Source: Sphaerodactylus townsendi (taxonomy: Eukaryota). From it: a DNA stretch of 64,000 bases. This document shows, piece after piece, positions 1 through 12,560 of the stretch. Numbering within the stretch: position 1 is the stretch's first letter; each line of letters starts with the position of its first letter. The stretch lies in the NCBI RefSeq assembly GCF_021028975.2, contig NC_059427.1:128898001-128962000 (forward strand), in the 5' to 3' direction. The translations under genes and the position numbers were made by a program. The notes beneath the pieces are model-generated. The model ran no database searches. It saw only the letters and a program-made list of their open reading frames with translations, and was not told where the DNA came from.

Positions 1-196
1 TCAAAGAATCCAGTAAACTCAAGGCAAAATCGCAGCTAGGATAGGGGTTGCTACGCAGCCCTGAGCTCTTTTAAATCATTCCCGGGTTATAACTTAACCA
101 AAAGCAGGCAGCCTCTCAGAGCCACCTTCCCACGGATCTTCTTGCAGGTTCGGTTCACTCCACACAACTTGTCCCCATGGTTAACTAATGCCTTGC

Positions 197-333
197 CTCT
201 CGGATGTTCAGCTGCACCTCTCCTCCATCGGGGGCCCGCCCCTGCACTGCTGCCGCATCCTCGCTCCGGAGCACAGCCGCCTCAGCATTCTCTTCTAGCA
301 ACCAGCGCAGTGTAGCACAGCACAGCAATGGTC
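197..333 (-). CDS. FAAP100: FAAP100 coding exon 6 (gene continues left of the window)
   Basis: Encodes GPLLCCATLRWLLEENAEAAVLRSEDAAAVQGRAPDGGEVQLNIRE, resembling human PLCCATLQWLLAENA...QGVAPDG. Acceptor gtcactcag; 137 nt, ending in phase 0 at a probable GC donor GAG|GCAAGG. Confidence 0.88.
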
Positions 334-1399
334 CTGAGTGACACAATCAGAAGAACACATGCCATTAAGAACACAAGAAAAGTCTTGACTGACCAGACAC
401 ATGGTTCATCAGCTCCAGCAGCAGACCCTCACGGTAGCCAGCCAGAGGCCCACAAGTATGGCATGGAACCCAAAGCCTCCCTCAACTACTGCCTTCTGTC
501 CCCACAAACTGGCATTCACAGGTAGACTGTCTTCAAGTGTGGAGGTTCCATTTAGGTCACTGCATGGGTCTAGATCTGGGCTAGACATGCAGAAGAATGA
601 GGTGTTTGAGTAGTATTACTTCAGGCTTTGAAGAAGGGGGGGAATACCATCTCGTTACCCCCTCGCTCTCCTGCATGTGTAGACCATGCCCAGTTGCAGG
701 TTCACCTGCATAGACCCCTCCCTGTATAGGTGGAGAGCAGATTGATGCTCACCCATGGAGACTTATGGATCCAGAATATCTGCAGCTCCCATGCAGAGAA
801 GTCATCCAGCTACAGCAAGGAAATGAATTTCCACTCATGAATTGTTGCTCCCCCCCCCCCTGAAAAACACATATCCCCGAGGAGAACTCAAGATGAGCAT
901 GACTCCAAGCCACTGATTTCCTGGAGTTCAGGGTAATGGAACTTTAATCCAAAGGAAAAGCAAAGATGTGCTGTACTGTACTGGACAATATGTTTAGAAA
1001 AGAGTTTTTAAAGGATCCACCCAGGATCCTGCAGCACTATTCAAGAGAATGAAGGTGTGAGCACAAACTCACAAGTGTCTCTGGAGGAAAATTATCATGA
1101 CCTTTAAATCAAAAGTAGTTTGAAGCACCTTGTCTTTGGGGATATGCCCTGGAGAAAGTTGACAGAAAAACTTCCCTGGACCAGCTTCATTTCCTTGTAT
1201 GGCAGGAGACATTTAACAGGAAACAGAATGGCCTGAAGGCACACAACATAGCTCTGCTGAAGCTAAGCAGGTCTGATCTGATCCTGTATACTACCTGGCC
1301 ACCATGCATAAACCTTCTGTGGGGTAAGGTATAAACATGATCATACACACAAAGGCCACTGGCCACATGGCTTAGATTGAATTCCCCAGAGTTGTCATA

Positions 1400-1538
1400 G
1401 GCTGATTCTGCATGGGCCAAAAACAGCAGTGTGAAAACGGTGTGAAAATGGTGTAAAAGGGTTTAAAACGGTGTAAAAGGGTTTATACTGTTTTTCACCA
1501 TTTTCACACGGCTGTTTCTAGCCCATGCGGAATCAGCC
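1400..1538. mobile_element. PIF/Harbinger-like MITE
   Basis: TIRs ggctgattctgcatgggc / gcccatgcggaatcagcc, 3-bp ATA duplication, internal ggtgt(g/a)aaa repeats. Confidence 0.75.
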
Positions 1539-1556
1539 ATAGTTAAGCATCTAGGC

Positions 1557-1715
1557 CAGGGGTCTGCAACCTGCGGCTCTTGAGATGTTCATGGACTACA
1601 AATCCCATCAGCCCCTGCCAGCATGGCCAATTGGCATGCCAATTGGCCATGCTGGAAGGGCTGATGGGAATTGTAATCCATGAACATCTGGAGAGACGCA
1701 GGTTGCAGACCCCTG
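1557..1715. mobile_element. Palindromic hAT (Charlie-type) MITE
   Basis: CAGGGG...CCCCTG, whole element is a hairpin, perfect 8-bp TSD ATCTAGGC. Confidence 0.9.
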
Positions 1716-1871
1716 ATCTAGGCACATCCCCAACAGCACGTGATTGTAAACAAAAGAATTGCTTCTTCCAATGCATGCAAACAACATCTGGAAACCTTCA
1801 ATACAGAGAGTTGATGAGAAGATGGAGGGGAGAATGCAAACAGTTTAATAGTGCTCAAAGAAATCACACAC

Positions 1872-2668
1872 CTTTGCAAGTGTCTTTCAGGGCAGTTCTC
1901 AGCAACTCAGAGGACACCTTGATAGAAGCCACTGATGGAGCCAAGTAATCTTCTCCCAGAGAACTTGGAACAAGCTCTTCACTGCCTTCCATGCTCTCGA
2001 GGTCAGACTGCACCCGGGACAGTTTCAGGAAAGTATCAAGTGGATCTGCAGGGAGGGAGATGGCAGCTGCAGGTGGGGTAGCTTCAGATCCTCTGCTGCC
2101 ACCATCAAAGCGAAGGCAATGCAGGATGTCAATAGTTACCTCCCTCAAAGGCAGGCAGACACCTTCTCGGTCTGGGGAAAGGCCTGGAGAATCATCAGAA
2201 AACAGGTCATCAAGCAGCTCGGTAGACTCTGAGACAGTGCCCAGGATCTCCCGCAGGCCATAATAGAGAGAACAAGAGACGGTGAAAGGCAGTTCCAGCT
2301 TGGAGCCTTCAGCAGGGCCTAAGGGCAGAGTCACCTCTGTATTGTTCCCAGGAAGGAGTTGATCTATAGGGAAGGTATAAGTGGTGGCAGAATCTGAGGA
2401 GCCTTCCTCACAGTCGCAGGAGCTGGTGAAGAGCTGAATGCAGAGGGTCCAGCCTCGCTCCAGGCTGCACTCGCTTGAGTTCTCTAATATGCAGGAGACT
2501 GTCAACGTATCCTGAACCAGCAGGCGGTTCCAGTTGGCTGTAATAGTGCAAGTGATTGGCTTTTGACCATTCTGGCTGGACAGCAGAGCTGCACTCACAT
2601 TCATCACCTGATTCAGGGTTGTCAAAGCTCGGTTCTTCTGATCCACAACCTTTTTCAGTGATGACACT
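1872..2668 (-). CDS. FAAP100: FAAP100 coding exon 5
   Basis: ORF 1864..2667 (VSSLKKVVDQKNRAL...LERGWTLCIQL...LRTALKDTCK). Acceptor tcctgcag, donor G|GTGTGT; 797 nt, phases 2/1. Confidence 0.95.
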
Positions 2669-3280
2669 CTGCAGGACCCAGGAGAGGAAACAAAATTGGC
2701 ACTAGCAGATTACTTACTGTTAAGGGGATCATTAAAATCTGTTCAATACAAAATTAGATAAACTGGAATCCCAGTATCATAATACGGGGCAGGACAAAAC
2801 CTCCAGATACCTCATTTCTGGCCTGAATACGGACATTAAGTAGAATTTCTACTTAATACCACAGATGACTTAACTGCTTGTATTGCTAGAGTGGCCAAGA
2901 TGATTCCAAATCAATAGACGCTAAACTAGCTAGGGATTATCTGCATGTCTCCCTTAAAGTAGCTCCCAAACAGAAGCTGGCAGCAAGAACCAAACAAATA
3001 TCAGAGTAAGAACCACATAAACTTAACCCCTTCCCCCAACATCTAAAGACGTGTACTTTTCTCATAATTGCCAAACAAGCACTTAAGAGCAAGTAGACAT
3101 CCCTTCAAACTTACTCTGGCTTACAGTGGAGAGATGTCTGCTCTCATTAGATATTGCCAGATGTCCAAAGCCCAGTAAGCCACACAGAAAAATCCAGCAT
3201 TACAAAATGATTGTGGTTTCCTACACTGCAGGGGGCGGGTTGGGGGAGACGAAAATGGGCAAAGGGAGGGTTGATCTGAC

Positions 3281-3434
3281 CTTTCAGAGACGTGGCCTAT
3301 CCCAGAGAGCAGCTCTTTGATCCTCCGTCCAGCTTTATCAGGATTCATGTTGACAGGCTGCATATCGTCTGGGCTGCACAAGCCACAGGTCATCAGTCGG
3401 CCCTTAGCAGACAAAGCCAGAAGCTCAGACTCAC
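3281..3434 (-). CDS. FAAP100: FAAP100 coding exon 4
   Basis: Encodes GESELLALSAKGRLMTCGLCSPDD...IKELLSGIGHVSER. Acceptor ttctcctcag, donor AG|GTCAGA; 154 nt, phases 1/2. Confidence 0.94.
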
Positions 3435-4130
3435 CTGAGGAGAAGGCATGCAGGAACACATGAAACAGAGAGAGGCCAGGAACCATCCTGACAGGATTTG
3501 CGCTTTTCTCCCTCCCTCCCTCCCTCCCTCCCTCCTACTCTCTTCAATGACATGAACAGAGCAAGGAACTTTTGAATGATATACTTAGGAACAAGAATCT
3601 CGCTTTGACGGTGTTTACTCCCATGCACATTAATTTCCATACACCTAAGACCATACAGTGAAATCATGTGAGGATACCTCAGATTTCTCCTCTGCTTCAC
3701 TTTGTTTATAAGAACTTCTCTACAGACTGAGAAACAGAAAGAACACTACTCTATCAAAGGGTACCAGAAATTCAAGAGCAAGGATATGCATTCCTCTTCA
3801 AAAGGGGCAGTAGAACCCCTTGGAATACTTAAAGGTAAGCCATACAAATGCTTGCAGCCAGATATGGCTAATCACTGAACATGAGGTAACAGGAAGTATG
3901 AACTGGAGCCATGGAAATGTTATCCTGGTTAAGACTCAGATGACAGGTTGATACAGCTTTTCCACCATGGGTGGGAGACACTTTTCAGTCTCAGGCTGTA
4001 AAGGACATCCCAGCCAATAGGACTGACTTACCCAAAGAGGTCTGGAGCTTCCCTTTTATTCACTGGGACCTGCATAGCCAATGTATGCCTCATCTTTAAA
4101 TATGGTGCATCTGTTTACATAGCATAAGCG

Positions 4131-4494
4131 CAGAGGTGTACTGACCTAGGGGCATGGGGATATCCATGTCCCCGGGCGCATGCCTTTCAGTCACGTGGGG
4201 GGCACAGGAGGGCTCCCCCATGTGACCAAAGGCATGCGCCCACAGCCGGCACCCCACCCCACTCCCTTACTTGCGAGTCAGCTTCAGGAAGTGGCACGGT
4301 GGTGGATGGAGTGCTCCATCCGCCGTCCCGTCGCTTCCTAGAGCCCGACTTGTGAGCAAGCTGCTTGGCCTCCGGCTGGCTGGAGACTGAGCAGCTGCCA
4401 CTGCCACCAGTTCAGGTAAGTGGTGGGAGGCAAAGAGGGGCCCTCCCAGAGGATGTTTAGTCTCCAGGAGTCATTTGGCCCCCATACGCCTCTG
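4131..4494. mobile_element. hAT-like non-autonomous element
   Basis: Termini cagaggtgta / tacgcctctg, GC-rich interior with short inverted repeats, degenerate TSD. Confidence 0.65.
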
Positions 4495-5782
4495 CACAAG
4501 TAGTCTGGATGACACAAACTTATTTTCTGGAAACATTCTCATCTGAAAAATCCGGCTTCTGTGCAGGAGGACCGCGTCTTCCCATGTGGGAGACGGCTGT
4601 CGGAAAGACTTATTCCAAAGCCACATAAGGAGGCCCAGGCAACCCAGGTAGGAAAACTTAGCAGTAAAGGGATGGGACAGTCTGAAAATTGCTGGGGTTA
4701 AATCTTGCACCAGATATTGCAAAGAGAAGCCATTAGAATGCGGAAAGACCTGCAGTGGAATCATGAGGATTAGTCGTCGTTGAAGGTTCAGAAGTCTGTA
4801 TAAGTTCACAGGGGCAATTCTCCCATAAGCAAGCAATTTCAGAAGCCATATCCTCTACCACCTACTATGAATCCGTGAGCAGGACTATGAGCACATGCAG
4901 GGGGCATATATAAATGGATGGCACTGGGAGAGAACACTCATTGGGAGTGGGGGGAGGATGCACAGCAATCCCAGGGATCCTGTGGAGAAGGAAGCAAAGA
5001 GAAGGCTCCCCGCTGCTGAACCAGTCGTCTCATTACAAAACCAGCTACCAGCTCCTTGCCAATTGGCACACTGTGCCCCCTTCTCCAGGAACGTATGCAT
5101 GGAGATGTGACTTCCTGTTGCTTCTTCTCCACAGAAGGTCACAGTGGGGAGCAATGCTGAAAAAATATCAAGCAGTCAAAGTGTTGGGCTGGAAAACCCA
5201 TTTCCAATAAGAGTTCTTCAGCACCCAGTGGAAGGTGTGCAAAGGTGAGCATTTCTGCTCCACTTGGAGGGCACTTCTGCTGGCCAGCTTGATTTTATTT
5301 TCCATTCAGCTCCATAGCTCCCATTGCACGATCTTACTGAGCGTGTGAAGGAAGGTAAGGAGCTGCTTTACATTGTGTCAAATCAGCTCTAGCTAAGGCT
5401 TTCCAGAGGCCCAGGAAGACGCTCTTGCCCAACAAACAGCTGCATTTTAACCAGAGATGCACAGGGTGCCTGCGGGTGCCTGCGTGCAAAGCATGTACTC
5501 TACGCTTTCCTCCTCATCTGCAAAGCCCTTGTCATCAGGCTATTCAGTGTAGAGGCCAAAGAACTAGCCAGGGCGTGGGGTGTCGTAATGACAGCACTCA
5601 GGATACAGAATTTAACTGCCTGAAATGCTCCAGATTCAAGATCCTCGTTCTCACTGTTCTACAAAGAGGTTTAAAAGAGAAAGAGTCTGCTAAAAGTTCC
5701 TCCAGGAAAGGCCTACAATGAGCACAGATGCAGGGCTTTGGCAGGTTGCACGAAGAGACACCTCTTTTCCATGGCTTTTAGC

Positions 5783-5883
5783 CAGTGGTGGGATTCAAAT
5801 AATTTAACAACCGGTTGTTTACAAGCACCATTTTAACAACCAGTTCTGCTGAAGTGGTGCGAACCTGCTGGATCCCACCATGG
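5783..5883. mobile_element. hAT MITE, CAGTGGTGGGATTC family
   Basis: TIR cagtggtgggattc / gatcccacca-tgg, flanks cttttagc / cttgtagc; same family as the copies at 48949 and 59093. Confidence 0.8.
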
Positions 5884-7502
5884 CTTGTAGCCCCTGTCTT
5901 GTTGCTGCCATTTCCTTCAGAACGCAGGGGGTCTTTCCCCTTTACAGGTGAATTCTTTGGTGGAAATGAGCAAAGGCAGTTTTCAGTTTTGTGGACGCCA
6001 AACGTTGAGAACGTTGTGGACCTCCAAATGTTGAGTCCCTGAGCTTGGTTCATTTGGAACCAAGGAAAGTGTAAGGACCAGCCCTAGCCCCCCTACATCT
6101 CGCTTGGACAACAAGGCAACAGCGCTACCCTGCCTTTGGGAAGCATCAGGGCAAATCATTTTTTTCTGAGTCCTTCAATGCCTACAGCACCTGCTTCTTC
6201 CCCCCATCCTGGCAGTCCACTCTTTCCTTCCACCTAAACACAAGGATGCACAAATGGGAGTCACTGAGCCTTCATCGAACCTTCCTGTAAAATAAGACTG
6301 TTTCTTGCATGCCAGATATTAATCTCTCTTGTGTGGTGAATAAATGCAATGCAAAAGCCCTGTCCAAGAAAATAAGACAAGAGACAGAGAATCTGAACTG
6401 CTGTCTGTGGGCCCTGGTATTTCACAGCTATTGTGTTGAAAAGGGGCAGAGCTCTTGAACTGCCTTTCAAATGTTCTTTTATTCCTAATGTCTAGAGTTG
6501 ATCCAAGCTTGCCCGAAGTCATACTCTGCATAGGGTGCTGAACGCCCCCCCCCCCCCCCGAACTAGTGCAGAATGGGCCCAGTTTCTACCAAAACAGCTA
6601 CATTTTTTCTACAGAGATCATCAAGAAGGCAAACAGTGAACTTGCAGAGTACAATAGGTCACTGGTTGCTCCCCTTCACACTACAAAAAAACCAAACATC
6701 CCACCTTATTCAACTTCTGACTTGGCAAGCCTGATAAAGAGGAACCTCAGAAACTAAAGATAATGCAAAACTTGAGTCCTAACAAGGAAAAGAGGGGATT
6801 AGTAGCAAGGGAAATGATTGGTCAAAGTATGGGTGTACTGCTCTGAGCTCACACGCATCTGTCCCGTGGCCAAAACCTATAGCCCAGGGAGGACTTGGGA
6901 CTTTGCTGGCTGTAGCTTCCCCAGTGCCATGTACAGAACATGTCATCTAGCAATGATCAGCAAGGAAAGTCTACATCTCTGGTCAGCAACTATTTATTTT
7001 ATTTCAGAGAATGTATGCTACCTTTCAACCAACTTAAGATCTGCTGGAGGGACCTTCTGAGAATGGGGTAATTTGGGAAGCTGACCGACCTCCCTAAACC
7101 CACAGAGTCTGCCAAAAAGTCCATGGCCAAAATGCCTACTCTTTCTTGAACTCTTTTTCTCTCTGTAGACTGGCACTCTGTAGACTCAGTATATAACCAA
7201 AAGATTCCGTGTCATGGCCCACGGTCCAGATTTGGCTTGAGGGCCTCCAGTTTTTGACCTAGTATATAACAAAAGCATGGTTTTAGAACAGCTTGGTGTA
7301 GGTTTGATAGAAGAAACTGTAGAGGTAGGGCTACCACCCACAGCCTGTAGATATAAAGATCCATCCTAGCCACATTTTTTGCCCCTTACTATTGGTCAAC
7401 TTTTCCTCACATCTTACAAGAAGCATTTCTGAGAACCATTGCATAACAAAACTATCCCTGTCACCTCTAACCACTGAGTCGTTTCCCAACATACTCTAGT
7501 AC

Positions 7503-8431
7503 CTTCTGACTCTCGAGATGATAAGGAAAGGGCCACCACGCTGCAGATACTCAAGCTGGCAGGAGACAGTGCAGATGGAAGGGTCCCAGGGGCGTCCTCC
7601 AACTTCTCAGTATCTGGGATGTTATTGTCCAAGTCAACAGCATAAATGTCAGAGTGAGTGCTGTAATACATGCGGCTTCCTCCGCTGCATGCTGCACACA
7701 GGACAGGCCCCTGCAGGTAATATTCTCGGAGCTCTGGGACCTTGACTTCTTTCCCCTGTGCTGCCTTGATGGCCACCATTTTCCCATAGTGTCCAAGAGC
7801 CACTACACAGTCACATCCTAAATCCCCAAAGGCAGGCAGCTCTTCGGCATCTGGGGACTTTCGCTCTGTCCTCAAGGCTCCAATGAAGACAACTGGCTCT
7901 TCCAAATGATGAAGGATCTTGATGGGTGAATCTTCACAGTGGCGGTTGTCAGGAGAACTCAGGGACTTCAGAGGCACAGAACACAACTGTCCATCTGGGA
8001 AGCCACAGAGGATCATGGGTGAATCCAGCATGGCAGCATCAACGCCAAAGAGGAGGCTGAAGAGGGGCTCCTCCAGAATGAATCCCCCTGAGTGGCGAAG
8101 GCCCTCTTTGGAGCCACTGGTGCCAGGAGAAGATGCGCAACACAGCACCGGAAGAAAGTGAGCTAGGGACACGTCCCCATCATTGCTTGTGCAGGTGGTG
8201 ATGTCCACATGGCTGATTGGTTGACGTGGCAAGTTCTCCTGGTCCTCAGGGCTTGGGAGCTTGTGGAGATTCATGCACCACTTCCCTTGTACTTGGGAGA
8301 GGGTGACGAGGACATCGTTGAGCAGTGTGAAGGTGCAAAGCGTGGCATCGGGGAAAGTGCAGGCACTGGACCCCATGGGGAGGACGGTGGAGAAGCAGTC
8401 ATTTTCCTCTCCATCTGTCTGCTTCACTAAC
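7503..8431 (-). CDS. FAAP100: FAAP100 coding exon 3 (large exon)
   Basis: Covers most of ORF 7414..8427 (LFSLLFGVDAAMLDSPMILCGFPDGQLC, ILHHLEEPVVFIGALRTE). Acceptor gctttgaag, donor G|GTACTA; 929 nt, phases 2/1 fit the neighbours. Confidence 0.95.
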
Positions 8432-8889
8432 CTTCAAAGCAAACAAGGAAAAGCTTTCAATAGAGCCAGAGGGGAAAGTGTGGTGGAGGGGGAGTAAAAA
8501 AAATGAGTGTTTAGCATCTGCTTCATGGAGCTGAATTCAAGAGCAGTGAGCTGGATAATGCAGAAGGAGACTCTGGAGGGAGGACCCAGTGACTTAACCC
8601 TTTTGGTGCCCTATAAACTCCAGAGCATCACTTTAAAGGCTTAGAAACCAGACAGCAGTGACAGAGGGGCAAAGTCTGCCGAGTGCATTGCTGGTGGTCT
8701 TCAAGAGAATAAAAGATCAGTGCTACACACTCAGCCTTGCAATTACACCCACAAAACCTATTAATCTACATTTTTTAAATTACTAGCTCCTCTGGCCACA
8801 TAACCTATATCCATATGGAAAACTGAAACGCTTTTCCCGTTTCTAAAACTTCCCTGCCTGACAGACGTGATGCAATTCTTACTCAGTGT

Positions 8890-9181
8890 AGGTGAAAAGT
8901 AAAGGTAGTTCAAGCACCAGGTGATCACTGACCCATGAGGTGATGCCACATCATGACATTAACTAGAAAGTCTATGCTTATAGGATGGTTTGCCATTGCC
9001 TTCCCCAGTTGTCTACACTTTACTCCCTAGCAAGCTGGGTACTTATTTTACCGAATTCAAAAAGCTGAGTCAACTTTGAGTTGGCTGCCCGGAATCTGAT
9101 TTCCACAAGGTTATAATTCAGATCGTGAGCAAAGCTTTGACTGCAGTACTGCAGCTCACCACTCTGCAACATGAGCTCCCT
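8890..9181 (-). mobile_element. Sauria SINE
   Basis: Diagnostic tggtttgccattgccttcccc...agcaagctgggtac(t)tattttaccga...gctgagtcaac, with an (ACCTTT)-like tail and tRNA-like head. Confidence 0.8.
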
Positions 9182-9622
9182 ACTCAGTTTTGGCAGGAAA
9201 TGATCTGCAAGCCTTGAGCAAGCTGATTATCCTGCACCCCAGAAAGGCAGTTTCTCTCCTTGCTGCAACATAGGCAATTATTAGGCAATACCTAATATCG
9301 CCTGATATGCAGATCTATAGCCCACTTTGCCAGCACATAGTCCCTCCTGCTATGTCAGGTGACAGGGGAAAGAACCCCATTGGTAATTCACAGCAGAAAA
9401 TACTTGGTGGATATAATTTCTGTCATGCCAATATACTCTCCTGCACCTTCCCTCCACCACTAGGTTTTCTGCTCCTTCTTTGGAAATCAATAAGGCCCAA
9501 TCTCAATGTACAGGAATAAAAGGCAAATTCAGTCAACAATGGGCAGAAGGGCTTCTGGAATACCATAGGAGGGTAGTCCTTAAAGGGAAACCCTACCCCT
9601 ACCCCTCCATTCTGAGGAGCTA

Positions 9623-9855
9623 CCCTGTTTCCCCGAATATAAGACATCCCCGGAAAATAAGACGTAGTAGAGGTTTTGCTGAGGTGCAAAATATAAGGCA
9701 TCCCCTGAAAGTAAGACGTAGCAAAGTTTTTGTTTGGAAGCATGCCCGACAAACAGAACACAGAAAAATAAGACATCCCCTGAAAATAAGACATAGCGCA
9801 TCTTTGGGAGCAAAAAATTAATATAAGACACTGTCTTATATTCGGGGAAACACGG
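9623..9855. mobile_element. Tc1/mariner (Tc2-like) MITE
   Basis: TIR ccctgtttccccgaatataagaca / tgtcttatattcggggaaacacgg, TA duplication, internal ataagac repeats. Confidence 0.85.
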
Positions 9856-9894
9856 TATCAGATAACTGCACTGCACCAAGTCCCTGCATAACAA

Positions 9895-11047
9895 TTTATG
9901 AAATTGTTAATCTCACCTTTGGCATGGTGAGATCAGGAGGGCCGTTGAAGTGATCATTCCTGAGGGTCCATTGTATACTGGGGATCAGAGGGCAATGGAG
10001 CAGGAGCGCAGGTGGAGGAAATAATCGTGCAGATCTGACTAGACACCAGTTAGGGCCCATTATCAGGGTCACCAAGTGGCAGCTGCCAAGATATATTTCT
10101 CCATCCTCACCGCATCTGCAAGTAGCCATCCTGCAGAGTTTTTAGAGTGGTTAATGGCTTGCTGTCCTCCACTCAGAGGACTGTGGCCAGGGTGTTCCTG
10201 GTATCTGCTGTGATGATTTTGCTGCGCACTTTCAAGATAAAGTCACCCAGTCCTGCATGGGATTGAACAGAATCCTGTGGAGGTGTCTGGATTATTGGAC
10301 CAGTTTCATTTCTCAAGGTCCAAGGATGTGGACAAGTTGCTTGCAGTGATATAGCCTACTACTAGTCCCCTGGATCCTTGTCCATCCCAGCTGATAAAGG
10401 GCAACTGGGGGTGGGGGTGGGCTAAACCAGAAGATTCAGGAAGAAGTAAATGCCTCCTTGATGGAGGGAATAGTGCCAGCACTTCTGAAAGCGGCAGTGA
10501 TCTATCCCTTTTGAAGGGGCCCTATGGTTTTGGGCAATTTTTGCCCGGTTGTCACACCAGTCCTTAAAGAATTGCACTGGCTCCCGATTTGCTCCCAGGC
10601 CCAATTCAAGATGTTGACATATAAAGCCCTAAATGGCTTGGGCCCTGCTTACCTGAAGGAGCTCCTGTGCCTGTATGTACCTGCCTAGACACTGAGATCA
10701 CAGGGGAAGGCACTCCTGATGTCACCTCCACCCACTGAGATGCAGGGGCACATGGAAGGGCTTTTTCTCGTGATTGCCTGCAGGCTCCGGAATAGTCTCC
10801 CCTTGGAGATTAGACACCAGCCTTTTATGGGTTTAGGTGCATGTGAAGATCTTCTTCATGCAGGCATTTGGTTAGTCTCCCTAAAAACCCTCTCTACAGC
10901 TGCTGGTCTTTGGGGTGGGGGGCAGTTATTTTGATGTGATTTTAATTGCTGTTCTATTATATTTTATTTATGTTTTTATTGTCGTTTAACACTGTAAGTT
11001 GCTTAGAGACATTAGTATGAAATGGGGTATAAATATCATAAACAAAC
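9895..11047 (+). mobile_element. Degenerate L2 LINE (internally deleted, with 3' end)
   Basis: L2-like RT remnants (cccctggatccttgtccatcc) and 3' region (tataaagccctaaatggcttgggccctgcttacctgaaggag...) ending in an (A/C)-rich tail. Confidence 0.7.
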
Positions 11048-11436
11048 ACATAAAATTCACTGCTGTTTAAACTTTATTCAAATTTAGTGGTTTTTAAAGC
11101 AACTTAAACTAGAACACTCGTAGGAAACCTTACATGTGCCAACAGTGGCACATCAGACCATTTTGCTTGGCAGCCAAGTACAATGTTTCCACCTAAGCAT
11201 TCAAAAAGTGAGCAGCACACCTGGCGCCAACGGTGCAGGAGAAGACAGCAGGCATTGACAAAGACTCATCGTCATCTCCCAGACTTGCAGAGCCATGAGT
11301 GGAGTCCAAGGCTAGCAGTGCTAAGATGCTAGCGTTGTTGCTAGGACTTGGCTTGTTCCTAGCATGTCCAGCTAACTATAATGTTGCATAATTTGAGCAC
11401 TCGGGCTGAAGAGGGTGCCTACCCCTGCCCCAGAAC

Positions 11437-11798
11437 CAGAGATGTAGCTGGCCCAGAGTGCGCCCGGTATGCACTCTGTGTTTTCCGCCCTGCCCCCCCT
11501 TACCTTAGTGCAGGCTGGAGAAGCAGCCTGTTCCCTTCAGGCTGAAAACGGCCTGGTGGGAACTACACTTCCCAGGAGACCCTGAGACTCGCAAGGTCTC
11601 CTGGGAAGTGTAGTTCCCACCAGGCCGTTTTCAGCCTGAAGGGAACAGGTCGCTTCTCCAGCCTGCACTGTTTCACAAAGGTAATTGTGGGGGGGACTGC
11701 AGGGGGGCGGGAGGGGGGCGCCGTGGGGGGACTTTCCGTCCCCCAGGCATGCGCCCGGTGCAACGTGCGCACCCTGGCCCCAGGTAGCTCTGCTTCTG
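11437..11798. mobile_element. hAT-like MITE with a long internal hairpin
   Basis: Perfect 8-bp TSD CCCAGAAC, termini cagagatgtagct / agctctgcttctg, internal palindrome at about 11506-11670. Confidence 0.85.
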
Positions 11799-12412
11799 CC
11801 CAGAACATCGAAATACAAAATCAAAATGTAGGCCAGCAAGAACACATACGAATCTTTGTCAAATAACATTACGCATCCTGTGGAATTAAATGCAATGTTC
11901 CTACAACCAGTCTACAGTCATCAGTGAATTGGCAGAAGCATATGAAGTGGTCTCCTGTGAGAAATCACAGGTCCATCTTGTTCAATATTGTTTACTCTGG
12001 ATGGCAGCAGCTTTTTTGAGGCCTTTGGCAAAGATGTTTGCCAACATGTGAGGACTTCAGATTCTATCTGCCTAGATTTTGGAACTTTTACATACAAAGC
12101 TTTTGCTCCACTGCTACGCAAACCCCCCCTCCCCACATGTAGTTCTATTCTCATAGGAAACTGCTTTATACAGAGCCAGACACTAGTCCATGAAACTCAG
12201 AATGGTCCATTTTGACAGCCTAGAGGGCCACTGCCAGAAAACGACTTTCCTAGCACCTGCTACCTCCTGCATGCAAAGTGTGGACTCTGCCAACAAACTA
12301 CCACCTTTCCTTGAAAAGTGTTCAGTTGCTGCTTGAAAGCAATTATTGAGGTGTCCTGTCAGATCTCCTCAAGGATGACATTCCAGAGAACTGGATCCAC
12401 CACTGGCTAGCA

Positions 12413-12560
12413 CAGGGGTAGGGAACCTGCGGCTCTCCAGATGTTCAGGAACTACAATTCTCATCAGCCCCTACCAGCATGGCCAATTGGCCATGCTGAC
12501 AGAGGCTGATGGGAATTGTAGTTCCTGAACATCTGGAGAGCCGCAGGTTCCCTACCCCTG
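12413..12560. mobile_element. Palindromic hAT MITE (same family as 1557-1715)
   Basis: CAGGGGTAGGGAACC...GGTTCCCTACCCCTG, TSD GGCTAGCA. Confidence 0.9.

Noticed and set aside
9623-9855. Regularly spaced ataagac repeats that look superficially CRISPR-like
   Set aside because: Eukaryotic context; these are internal repeats of a TA-flanked Tc1/mariner MITE.
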